64,000 bases of DNA from Saccostrea cucullata (Eukaryota): positions 62,001-126,000 of the forward strand of contig NW_026935527.1 of NCBI RefSeq assembly GCF_032062105.1, in the 5' to 3' direction. The notes below the pieces were generated by a model. It was not told the origin of the DNA. It did not search any database and saw only the letters and a program-made list of their open reading frames with translations. Position numbers and translations under genes: made by a program. This document shows, one piece after another, positions 11,631-22,822 of this stretch (position 1 is the stretch's first letter; every line of letters begins with the position of its first letter).

Positions 11631-11887
11631 CAGTGGCGGATCCAGGAATTTCGTAACGGGGGAGGGGGGGAGGGGCGCAGTAGGAGGCAGAGGGGTCAGG
11701 TAGCTGTGCCCCAGTGGGTCTAAGACAAGGTTCTTTTTGGGGGTCCGGTTGACACGTTCTTACAAATAAGAGATGTTTAATTTTTCCCTTGATTTTAGGA
11801 TAATGGACATATAAATTTTACATACAAAATTTTCAAACGGGGTGGCGGGGGCGCACACCCTGCTCGCCCGCCCTGGATCCACCTTTG
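11631..11887. mobile_element. MITE with CAGTGGCGGATCCAGG TIRs, imperfect 5-bp TSD
   Basis: cagtggcggatccagg ... cctggatccacctttg; flanks ccagt/ctagt. Confidence 0.7.
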
Positions 11888-12059
11888 CTAGTTAAAACAA
11901 AGTAAGTTCGATCCGCCTACGGTACCTATACTGGATTGCTAAACTTCATAAGAATCCTCACAAACAAAGATACATTGCCAAATTCATTAGCCCCTTTTTT
12001 AAAAAAAATACTTCTTTAAAAGAGCAATTTCAGACGTATTGTGCTACAACATATTTTAG

Positions 12060-12450
12060 AGGAGACTAGAGGTAGTGTTAAAACCTAAAAAGAACTTTGA
12101 GATAGAATTAGAATTGTGATAGGTACTTATTGTTCCCTTTTAAGCAACCGATCTTTTTTTATATACCTATGAAGCAGAATTTACTCAAAATCTACAGGAG
12201 AATAAAACACTAGCTGCAGTATTCTAGAGCCCTGAGCATGATCAAATTTTTAACCAAGACAGGCTACTATCAGATAAGTTGATGTTATAGGACTTTCAAC
12301 AACCTCGTTTGCAGTCAGCATTTAAAAAATTCTGTGGTTGATTTTTAATCAAATATATCTGTCATTAGGAGTGTTTTGATTGACCTATTTCATTCCAAAT
12401 GTTAGGCATCTATTCGTATACTAAATCTGACTACGGAATGATCCGTACAG
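12060..12450 (+). mobile_element. Degenerate Penelope-like RT 3' fragment
   Basis: Similarity to 31690-31930 (ataagttgatgttatagga...aaattctgtggttga...actacgga). Confidence 0.5.
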
Positions 12451-12479
12451 AAGCGTATAAGTGCTAAGGCACTGTTTCA

Positions 12480-13460
12480 AATTTTTCTTTTTTATCACTT
12501 TTATCTATAAATTTTACACATTTAAAACCTGTAAACAAACTTTAATTATGTGAAAAAAAATAGTATAAATTCCACTGATAAACACGGCAAATGTTGTTTT
12601 CTCTTATTAAAATTTGCATTTAAAAGTTGGCATAATAAAACAACAAACTCAGAATCTTCATTTGACATAATCCATGTAAACAGGTCAACATTGTTAAGCA
12701 GTATCAAATTAGGAAAGGTTTTAAAGATTTTATCTAAAAACTCTCTTCTTGAGTCATTATAAAGTGGACATTTTAGCAAAAAATGCAATTCATCCTCAGT
12801 TGGATTTGAGGTGCAGTAACGACAGACTCTCTCACACCTGGGAAGAATTTCATTTTTACCACATTTAATAAGTTTCCTTTCATATCTACCCGTTTCTACC
12901 CTTAAACAATGATTACTAATTCTGAATTTTGCGAGAATTACCCGATTGTCTCGGTTTTTCATATTCAAGTATTTTTCAAAATAAAAAGACCTTTTATACT
13001 TAAAATATGTAATTAATTTACCAAAGCCTTCCAAATAATTGGTATGAATATCGTTCCAAGTGTTAAAAAAACTATTATTGAGTTGTCTTTTCATGTACAA
13101 TTTAAATTTGTTTTCACTTAGTTTTTTACAAAGGGACAAATTAATATTAAGTTTTTCACTGTAGAATAATATACTGGAGTACCAATCACTGTTGATGATG
13201 TTTGATTTGCACTCATTGAGAGCTGCTTTCAGTAGGTTAGATGATGTATGTTCTAGTCTATACCAGTACATGAATATTTGCTTTAACATGTCTATATATA
13301 ATGGGTACCTCCCTAGTTCAGAATAGATTCCTACATTTGTACAAGATTTAGATACACCCACAATGTATTTACAGAATTTCATATTGAGTTTTTCACCTTC
13401 CCAATCTTTAAATATATCAAAAAGAGAGATATTTTTCCTTTTTGGAGTAACATTAATAAT
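12480..13460 (-). mobile_element. 5'-truncated non-LTR retrotransposon (RTE-X-like), RT C-terminal region with zinc finger; ORF 12546-13382
   Basis: KFCKYIVGV...SELGRYPL...FRISNHCLRVETGRY...RVCRYC...EDELHFLLKCPLY. Confidence 0.85.
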
Positions 13461-13461
13461 A

Positions 13462-13604
13462 CATTGCCGTCGGTAGCGAATTGAAAGTGGATACCCCCCC
13501 CCCCCCCCCCCAGATAAGCCCCTATTTCAATGCCTATATTATTATGTCTTTGCAAAACATTGTGTGACTACCACACCCCCCACCCCCCGGTACAGATGCC
13601 TATG
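13462..13604. mobile_element. MITE of the same family as 6884-7033, adjacent to or inserted in the LINE relic
   Basis: cattgccgtcgg...aaagtgg...tttcaatgcctat...gatgcctatg aligns with 6884-7033. Confidence 0.65.
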
Positions 13605-13780
13605 CTACACCCAAATATATGTATTTGCATAACTGGTATGACGCTAAAAACTTTCAATAAATTCTAGTTTACGTAGAATGCACGCAAACTGGCAAAAATT
13701 AGGTACAGTAAAACACTTCAGAAAAAAAGAATTTTCAAAGTATGGAAAAATCAAAATCGCTCAATTTTACACCCTGAAGT

Positions 13781-14517
13781 CACAGGTACTTGTGGACAGG
13801 ACCCCCCCCCCCCCCACTGATATTCAACCCCTGGGCTTATTGGACATTTTTTTCAAAAATTCAAAAATGATATTTATTACACTTATTCATCATGTGTACG
13901 TAATGAAATAATCGTCAAAACCCCAAAACAATCGCTCCACAACAAAAAAAAATACCCCACTAAGGCCACTATACATTATAAGGGAGAAAGGTATGCCACT
14001 CCAGTTTGAAATTTCCCTAAGTAAAAGCAACGGAAGTGCATAGAGAATGTTGATAACACCCAAGAGAGATTATTATGTCAGGCCAAAACTCTCTCGGACG
14101 TTATCCTAATAAGTGAAACATTTTCTATGCACTTCCGTTGCGATTACCTAGGGAAATTTCAACGTTCTGACTGGAAAACTGTTTAAGGAGATAATCAGAT
14201 ATTGTGGGATTCTTACGAGATGCAGAGTTAATCCGATAGCATGCACTAAGACAGAAATATATGTAGAGACGATATGAATCGACATTTTAGGTTGAAATAA
14301 AATAAATACATGTTTTTAAACCCAGAAAGATCAGTGGAGGTACAAGGTAAACATACCTTTCTCCCTTATAATGTATAGTGGGGTATTTTTTATTTTTTTT
14401 TTTGGTGGAGCGATTGTTTAGGGGTTTTGACGATTTTTTCATATTGTACACATGATGAATAAGTGTAATAAATATACTTTTTGAAAAAAATGTCTGATTA
14501 GCCGAGGGGTTGAATAT

Positions 14518-14564
<47 letters not shown>

Positions 14565-14589
14565 GGGGTCCTGTCCACAAGTACCTGTG
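13781..14589. mobile_element. Non-autonomous DNA transposon with ~215-bp TIRs, 8-bp TSD (CCTGAAGT) and an internal hairpin; hAT- or P/Galileo-like
   Basis: cacaggtacttgtggacaggaccc...aagggagaaaggtatg (13781-13995) mirrored at 14352-14589; cctgaagt at 13773-13780 and 14590-14597; inner IR 14008-14160. Confidence 0.9.
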
Positions 14590-14684
14590 CCTGAAGTCAC
14601 CTCATCACCGAAGAGTTATCAAACATGGTTCAATTATTTATCATACCCAAGATTTACAAGAATATTGACAAAGCCATACACATT

Positions 14685-14741
14685 TTTTCAAAGTGCGTTA
14701 ATATGGTCGTCATTAACGCACTTTGAAAAGAAATTTTATTT

Positions 14742-14787
<46 letters not shown>

Positions 14788-14828
14788 AAAATTTCAAAGT
14801 GCCTAATTTTTCAAAGTGCGTTGTAACA
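14685..14828. repeat. Inverted arrays of tttcaaagtgcgtt subrepeats (DNA transposon end)
   Basis: Six alternating tttcaaagtgcgtt / aacgcactttgaaa units ending gttgtaaca. Confidence 0.6.
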
Positions 14829-15104
14829 ATGCATGCATGGGCCAAAACGCAGTGTACTAGTACTCTCTCAATAATAAATACATTATAGACTTCTTCTACC
14901 GCCCTTGTACTTATTTTCACATGTATGTTGCAGATAAAACATCATGATAAAGTGTAAATTTTTACAGAGATTCTGCCACATGCCATACGACTGACTTATG
15001 TTTAATATTTTCGTGACAAATGAGGAAGTGCGAATCTTTAAGTCTTTCAATGGTTTCTTCCATTCTGAGTGTAAGATCTCTTCTTTGTAGCTGTTTGTAC
15101 AATA

Positions 15105-16980
15105 GTAGCATCGATCCATTTCAAATAGCTATAGGCGTCCGTCAAGGGGATAATTTGAGTCCCTCCTTATTTAAAATATTTATCAATGACTTTCCTTCAT
15201 ATTTAGATTCATGTATTGATGAAGTATCGCTTCAGACACAAACTGTTAATTGTTTAATGTATGCAGATGACATTGTTATTTTATCCTCATCAGCTAAAGG
15301 TATACAAGCAAGACTCGCTAAACTTGAAAAGTATTGCTCTGATTGGTGTTTAAAGGTAAACATTCAAAAAACAAAAGTCATGATCTTTAATAAGGCTGGT
15401 CGTAATATTACACAAAAACTAATGTTTCAAAATAATATATATGATAGAATGTGTGCCCAGCTACAAATATCTTGGAGTCCACCTAAGTGTATCTGGCAAA
15501 GATATTTTTCACATTTTTCACATTTAATTGTGGTTTTACACCTTTTGAATGGATTTTCAGCATAGGAGACACCTGGATTTCTTTCTTTGAATTTCAAATG
15601 CCTTTCATTGCACACAACACACACATGATCTTTCCCTTCTCCAACATCAGGTAAGTGATTTAGACCATCCAGCTTTCATGTAGCAAGATTAGAGCTTTAT
15701 AAAAAAACATTAAAAGCATATTATAAACTAAGAAAGGATTTTATTGATTTAAACCCTGGGATTAAAACCAGTATACATGTATTTGACTCTACCATTAAAC
15801 CAATTCTTTTGTATAATGCAGAGGTGTGGGGTGCAAGTAATATAAATACTAAAAAATTCCTAAACTGCCAAAATTTAACAGTTGAAGACTGCTTTAAAAA
15901 TCTACCCTGTGAAAGAATACATCTTAAATTCTGTAAATATATTCTCTGCGTTCATAAGAAAAGCACAAATTTTGCAGTACTGTCTGAATTGGGAAGGTTC
16001 CCCCTGCATTATGATATTGCCAGGTTGTTGATTAAAAGTTGGTATAGATTTGAGAATTTGTCCATAGAATTTCCTTTACTTAAAGATGCATATGAATGTA
16101 GTAAAAAGCTTTTTGTGAATGGAAAGAACTCATGGTTTGCATTTATACAGAAATTAAGAAAATTACTGAATATTAAAGATGTATCTTACTTTGGATACGT
16201 TACGGTGTTCCAAACCATCTTCTTCACTTATAGAAAAATTCAAATATCTTCTGATTTGCATAACACCGGTCTCTCGTTACTTGTTATGGGACATATAAAT
16301 TTAAGTCATTTTGTCATAAAATTTTATTAGATTATTATGTGAAGAAATGGTATACAAGTTATAAAAGTTACACCGATGGCAAATTATCCACATATGTGAA
16401 ACTCAAACAAAATTGGGGTTATGAGAATTATTTATCAGTTGTTAAAAATTTTCATCACAGAAAATCTTTATGTAAATTAAGAATTTCCTGCCACAGATTA
16501 CAAATTGAAGTGGGTAGATTTACCAATATTCCTCGAGAAGATCGATTATGTAATAGATGTAATTCTAACAACATAGATGATGAAACTCATTTTTTAATAA
16601 CATGTAAAAAATTTGATCATCAAAGAAAAGAAATGTTTCAGTTAATTAATCATAAATTTCCACTATTTTCAGCTTTAGATGATGAACAAAAACTTTATTG
16701 GTTACTCAATACAGAAGATAAGGAAACTCTTAATTTTGTGGGCAAATTTACAAATGATAACATGTTATAGTACCATTAGTCTTTTACACATACATGCATA
16801 TTTGATGTATTCCTTTTAGACAGGATTATTGTTGAAATGATTTATGTCAATTACTAATTGTATAATTGTTTTGCTATTCATTGGCTTATCTTTTCCTTAT
16901 TATTGTAACAATTTCATACTTGTCTGTTATGGGCTCTAAATTAGAAATAAAATGTTCTGTTCTGTTCTGTTCTATTCTTA
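15105..16980 (+). mobile_element. 5'-truncated, frameshifted non-LTR retrotransposon (RTE-X-like): RT core, C-terminal Zn finger, 3'UTR and (TGTTC)n tail
   Basis: GVRQGDNLSPSLF, YADD, YKYLGV, LYNAEVWG, SELGRFPL, RISCHRLQIEVGRF...CNRC...DDETHFLITC; AATAAA followed by tgttctgttctgttc at 16947-16978. Confidence 0.9.
15498..15670 (-). mobile_element. Fragment of a piggyBac-type transposase C-terminal Cys-rich domain inserted in the LINE RT
   Basis: Minus strand reads LDGLNHLPDVGEGKDHVCVVCNERH...RCKTTIKCEKCEKYLC; removing it rejoins the LINE frame YKYLGVHLSVSG|SFHVARLELYKK. Confidence 0.7.
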
Positions 16981-17257
16981 TGCTTAAAAATTCACTTGGT
17001 TTAAGATTTCTTTAAAATTTTATAGACTGACTGAAATTATTATTGTCCAAATTCTTTAAAAAAATTCTAGACAAAATTTGGTCATATAAACTTCACCTTA
17101 GCTGCAGAACTGTAGCTTCTTAACCTATCAACAGTTTCGGAATAAATTACAGAATTTTGAAGGAGACGCGAGATTTTGCACGGTGTCTTGAAAGATAACA
17201 GTTACCTAAAATATAAAAATTGATTGTTACCTATGTTTAAGTTTAGCGATCTCAACA

Positions 17258-17733
17258 CCATGATTAAAATTGTCAACATTACAGACACGTAGCAACAGTG
17301 GGGGCCGGGGGGGGGGGGGGGGGGGCTAACCCCCTTTTTTCCCAACATTACTTTTACTATTGAAAATATTCATTGAAAGACAGTTTGCCCCCCCCCCCCC
17401 CCCAGTTTTTACAACGGTAAATTGATATAAGGGAAATGTAGTATTGTATGAAAAAATTGAACTGAAAGAAATCCGCAGCTGAAAAAAGTTGGTATCCATG
17501 ATTAAAATTGTCAACATTACAGACACGTAGCAACAGTGGGGGCCGGGGGGGGGGGGGCGGCTAACCCCCCTTTTTTTCCCAACATTACTTTTACTATTGA
17601 AAATGTTCATTGAAAGACAGTTTGCCCCCCCCCCCACCCCAGTTTTTACAACGGTAAATTGATATAAGGGAAATGTAGTATTGTACGAAAAAATTGAACT
17701 GAAAGAAATCCGCAGCTGAAAAAAGTTGGTATC
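17258..17733. repeat. 238-bp direct tandem duplication
   Basis: 17258-17495 and 17496-17733 are near-identical apart from homopolymer lengths and a few substitutions. Confidence 0.95.
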
Positions 17734-17892
17734 AAGCCCCCCCACACCACCACCACCACCACCACGAAATAGGATTTTCGATTTTGGGCAATGTTTTTTT
17801 TTTGTTTTGCTTGTCAACCTTTTCCAGGTTAGCCAAAAAAAAAAATTTGGGCTGGCCCACCCCCCACTTTCAAAAACGATGCTACTTGCCTG
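17520..17892. mobile_element. MITE with CAG...CTG ends and 5-bp TSD (CATTA)
   Basis: catta|cagacacgtagcaac ... gatgctacttgcctg|catta. Confidence 0.75.
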
Positions 17893-20089
17893 CATTAAAT
17901 CTTCGCAAAAGTTTCTGCTAATACGGTAATGACACTATCGAAATGTTACCCCCCCCCCCCCCCCCCGAATCATCAGGAAGTTATATTTCATAGAAATTTC
18001 CATCGGGTCCTGATCATATATATTTATAATTATGTTGGAGCACTTTAAAGCTATCAAAATTAAACATGATGTGCCAATCACTCGTGTGTCTAATTACGGT
18101 TCATTATAACTAAATTATAACAGGAAAATATGCCCTTCCCGCTCGTTTTGTGACTGCTTGTAAATGTTTAACCTTTACACCCCATTATCAATTAAGCCCT
18201 TCATTATTTAGCCTCATTCGTCAGAATATTTAAAACCACTCTTCTTACTGACAAATAACGGCTTCTTTGAATTTGTCAGGTGTAGACTGAAATAGGTTTT
18301 CCTCAAAACCATATGACTAATTCAATCTATTAAGTATATTATTACTTTTACTCAAAAAATTTAACTGCATCAGAGAAAACTTGATCCCCACTCATATCTT
18401 GTTTATTATTTCAATAATTTTTCCGGTATTCTCTAGATTTTACAATATATCAAATGTTAACGTATATACCTGAATAAATAACATCATACAACCATCGCAG
18501 GGGACCAATTTTATGATTTTTCTGTTTAACTGAAAATAAATGAGCAAGACATATCTAAAATATGTTTTAAGTTGGGTTTTCTAGGAAACAACTGTTTACT
18601 TGGAAGTTAAGGGGTTCAAAAATATGAAGGAAATGCATATGTTTCAAAAAACCTACAACATCTGATTTTGATCCCTCCGATGTGTAACCGCACGTATTCA
18701 AAATTGCACACAATAATCGAAAAGGAACTTAAAATATTTATCTATCTGACAAACATTTAGATTAATTATTAATAGGAAGTGAATTTGATTAAAATTTAGG
18801 AAATGTGAACTAGCTATAGAAATAAAGAACAATAATTATGCCACAAAATGAATAAAGCACAAAGTAATCTAATTGAAATAATATTGCATTCTCATTGCTA
18901 ACCTGTGCACGTCAAGTGTCTCGTAGTGCTATCAATCGATCATGTTTCAGTGTGGTTCATGAAAGGGACAGTTAAAGACGAGAGATAATTAAAAGACACC
19001 ACAACTTATCATAGTGACGATACAGACAGATAAACTGTTTATAAATGATTTAGCTCATTCAGGAACATAAAATGTTGATAAGTTTTCCATATATTAATCT
19101 TTTTTTTTTTTTTGAAAAATCAAACTTTCTGACACATGAAGAATCCTTCAGAAAAGACATGTATCTCGATTTGTGAACTAAAAACTTTCAACTCATCCTA
19201 CATGAAAGCATAATGTCTAGATAAAAATTGATGCAGCAAAATTTATTTGAACTCAACACGAAATAACAATTAAAGTCTTGAACTATCATCAAATTATGCA
19301 GCTACAAAATGAGGAACTATTAAACTGGGTTTAAAAATGATTTTTTTTTAAATCTACTGGATTTTGTTTGTTTGTTTGTTTTTCTGTGACTTGCAGTAGA
19401 CTTTTACTCTGGAAAATACAGTATATCAGAAAAAGTGAAGGCAATTTGGATTTTCCAAAATTAATAGTTGCAGAGAAATTACCGAAGAAATTAAATCATT
19501 CAAAGTAAATATATATGATTAAAAGCTGAGGAAATGTATAAATTAGCCTTGATTTATCGTATCTCCTTTAAAAATCAGCATTTTTTTAATTTATTTTTTT
19601 TTTATTTTGGTAATGACCTTGTTTGCAAGTACAAATTACGCTTCAATGGGGTTTTTTGGGACTGAGGTTTTCCCCACAACATTTAAGGTTATTGCTGTTT
19701 TACCATTTTGACTACGGATTACTCCGTTTATCCGTTCAATACTTACTGTACATGTAGGACTCCTGACGGGTCGACAGGGGACGCGTTCTCGTCCTAGGTA
19801 ACTGATCCCAGGTGTTTAAAGAGGGTCTGGATTCTTTGCCCTGTTTTTTTGTTGAAAATTTGAGTACCGTTATACCCTTATGGTTACCCAAGATAATCTG
19901 ATTTATTTAATCAGGGTCTTATCTTTAAGATTAAGGCCATGTCATGATGGTTATGAGTAAAGAAAAATGCGAAGGGATTTTTTCTAGGAATTTTACGAAG
20001 CATAAACAGGGGATATCGAACGAGTGAAGTTATACCTAATGTTTCGTAAAAGCTTGTAAATGAATCATGATCCTGTTTCTCCTGTAATC

Positions 20090-20230
20090 CAGCTGCCTGC
20101 TGAAGAGATGTTTGCTTTGCTCCTCACAATTTGGTCAAAGATCTGAACGAGGAGTCATGTACTTGATATGCGAACAGCAATACTTCCAAAGAAGTTTGAA
20201 CCAACATGCCGTTGGTTCGTTTCTGTTGCC
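20090..20230 (-). mobile_element. Degenerate DDE transposase fragment (Sola-like)
   Basis: Minus frame WFKLLWKYCCSHIKYMTPRSDL*PNCEE resembles the F..LW....P.I....P..DLC..C motif, recalled from Sola-type transposases. Confidence 0.35.
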
Positions 20231-22072
20231 TACGAGAAATGCAGTAAACACGTTTTGCCAGATGATAGCAAAAAATATAATAAATTGTAAATGGTGGAAC
20301 ATACAGTGTACCTTTGGTTTGAAAAGGGTCGCACTAAAAATTATTTGGTGTCATGTGCAAATTACTTAATAGGCGTACATTAAACCAAGTCCCCGGAACC
20401 ATCTCTAACTCAGGAAGCTCAAAACAATCATAAACATGTATATTATTAAAATCTAATTTTTCTTTGGTTATTAAGTTATTAATAATTAGTCCTATATCCT
20501 GAAAAAATACGTTTGCGATGTTTATAATCGTCTTTTATCCTGTTGAGGTTGGAAAACGTCATCGTGTTTAAAGTTACGACAATTTTTAAGATGCAAGTTA
20601 AGACGGCTCTTTGAAGCAATTAAATGACTAAGATAAGTCGTACAATGCTTTAGGCTTAAGACAGCTTCATCACCATTCCATACTTACAGAGAATAAGAGG
20701 GATGTACACGTGTTGCTGTTTAAATTAAAAAAAAAAAACCAAAATCGCTTCCCTTGAGTTTTGCCTCAAAACTAAGCGCGTTGCATTAAATTAGAATTGC
20801 GTAAATTTTCATCTGATGATAAAATTGAATAGATATCTGATTATATATAATAATGTTGTATATATTTTTAAAATTTTTCCCTCTCTGCTCTCCCAGTAGT
20901 AAGTTGCCTTATTACAATGTGGAAGGTTCCTAGATGTCACACGTGCATACCTGATGCCTGACAATGCGGTGAGATCAGGAATACAGTGAGTGCTTGACTT
21001 TCTATTTGAAATCGCCTACAAAGTGTACTGATTTTTTTAAAGTGTACTTTAAAGTGTACTGTTGATTTTTTTAATGAAAATAATAACACTTCCGTTTAGC
21101 GATTTCCCTTCAACATATCTTAACATTTAAAATGACGGGCCGTTGTCCAAAAAGAAAGGACACTGTTCCACAATAGTCGGAAAAAACAGCTCGCATTGTG
21201 ACCACAGAACCATTACCTCTCATAAGTTTTATTTTGTCATGTGTGACCTTTAGTATAATTAATTTTCGACACATATCATAATGCACTCAGTTCAGAGAAA
21301 AAGCCACTGAAATAATCATACAGTCATCAAATCATTGAGGAACTCTCGCTTCATGTTTACAAATCAGGGAAGAATTGACTCTCGGACTCTGTATGCAGAA
21401 TATTAACTTGCTTAACTTAATACATTAGATAAGATTGAAATGAAGCATTTTCAGATTGTTAAGATATTTATTATGCTACACATCAGTCCTCCGGAAGATT
21501 TTTTAAATATTCATATCAAAACCGTCGAAAGAAATATTCTTTAAAAAATTGAGCAAATTATTGATATTTACTTATTACATGCCATAAACCATAAATTGGA
21601 ACAAACATGCCTATAAATCAAGTCGTTATTTCTTAAATATTTCGGTGTATCCCCGACATTTTCTATAAATAATTACCTTTGTTGATTAACGCTTATGATA
21701 CCTGGAAATCCACTAAATGTGTACGAGAAGATATTAATTTAAGTATGTTAAATACTTTAATTTTTAATCTTGGCTCGAAACTTTTGTCATAAAAACAAAT
21801 TAATGTAAAAAAAAAAAATGTGAAAAGAAAAGAATGCACTTCAAAAGTGTGATTTTTTTTTTTTCGATTAAAGGCAAATGCCATGAATCAATTTTTCTTT
21901 GTTTTTTTGTTTTTTTTCCCGCTACATTAATGTAATTTTCAGAATTGGCTTTCTATTGTTGATAGACTCAACTCTATTGTATATTTTCTCCACCATGATT
22001 GATTGATTGTGCATAATTATTATAAAATTCGCTATTATTTAAGGATAACCTGATTTGTTCATAAATTCCAGG

Positions 22073-22245
22073 TACAGTTAAACACGCTTATAACGAACTG
22101 CTTAGGGACCAACAATTCTGATACGCTATATAAACTTAATTCGCTATATTCGTTCAGTTCGCAATTCTTATGAAACCTATGGGGGAAAATTAACTTTTCT
22201 ATAAGCGTATATTCAGTATAAGCGGGTTCGCTTTAATCACTTTTG
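22073..22245. mobile_element. Tc1/pogo-like MITE remnant
   Basis: ta|cagttaaacacgcttataacgaa start with repeated ttcgctata(a) subunits. Confidence 0.45.
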
Positions 22246-22822
22246 TCTTCGACCTCATGTGGCCGGGAAATAAACATTCATTCTACATTCTGCATGTGTA
22301 AAATGCAGAATAGTTCGTATAGTTTGGTTTCCTTAGATAAGAATCTCTTGTAATATTTTGTCTCTCAACTAACATGTTTTAATTAAAAAGACTTTTATTA
22401 TGAAAAAACAGTGAGATCATAGTACACAAAAAACGAAAACAAAAAAATTAACAGAAATAAATAAAACATATGTATAAAGAAAGGACATGAACTTCGGGAA
22501 GGATCACATTCAATCTGACTCAAACTGGTTAACAGTGCATGCATTAAATATTCGTTCAAATACAATTTTGTTCATGTTAAACACCCCGAATTAAACACCA
22601 AATGTATGTTTTCTCACGGCTTTACACATTTATTTTGAAATACAGTTTAAATTGCGCCCCCCCCCCCACTCCTGAATTTGCCGAAAGAAATATTGATGAC
22701 AATTTCTTCATAGGATTATAGTCGTACTGTTCTTTAAAGTAAAAGAAGTTTTGCAAGAAAAAAAATAACAAAAAGTACCAATTCCAAATAATTTACTTTA
22801 TGATATAAGGGTTTAGTATCAT

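Noticed and set aside
14287-14580. Poly-Pro ORF (and the Gly/Pro-rich ORFs at 17326-17929)
   Set aside because: Translations of G/C homopolymers in MITEs.
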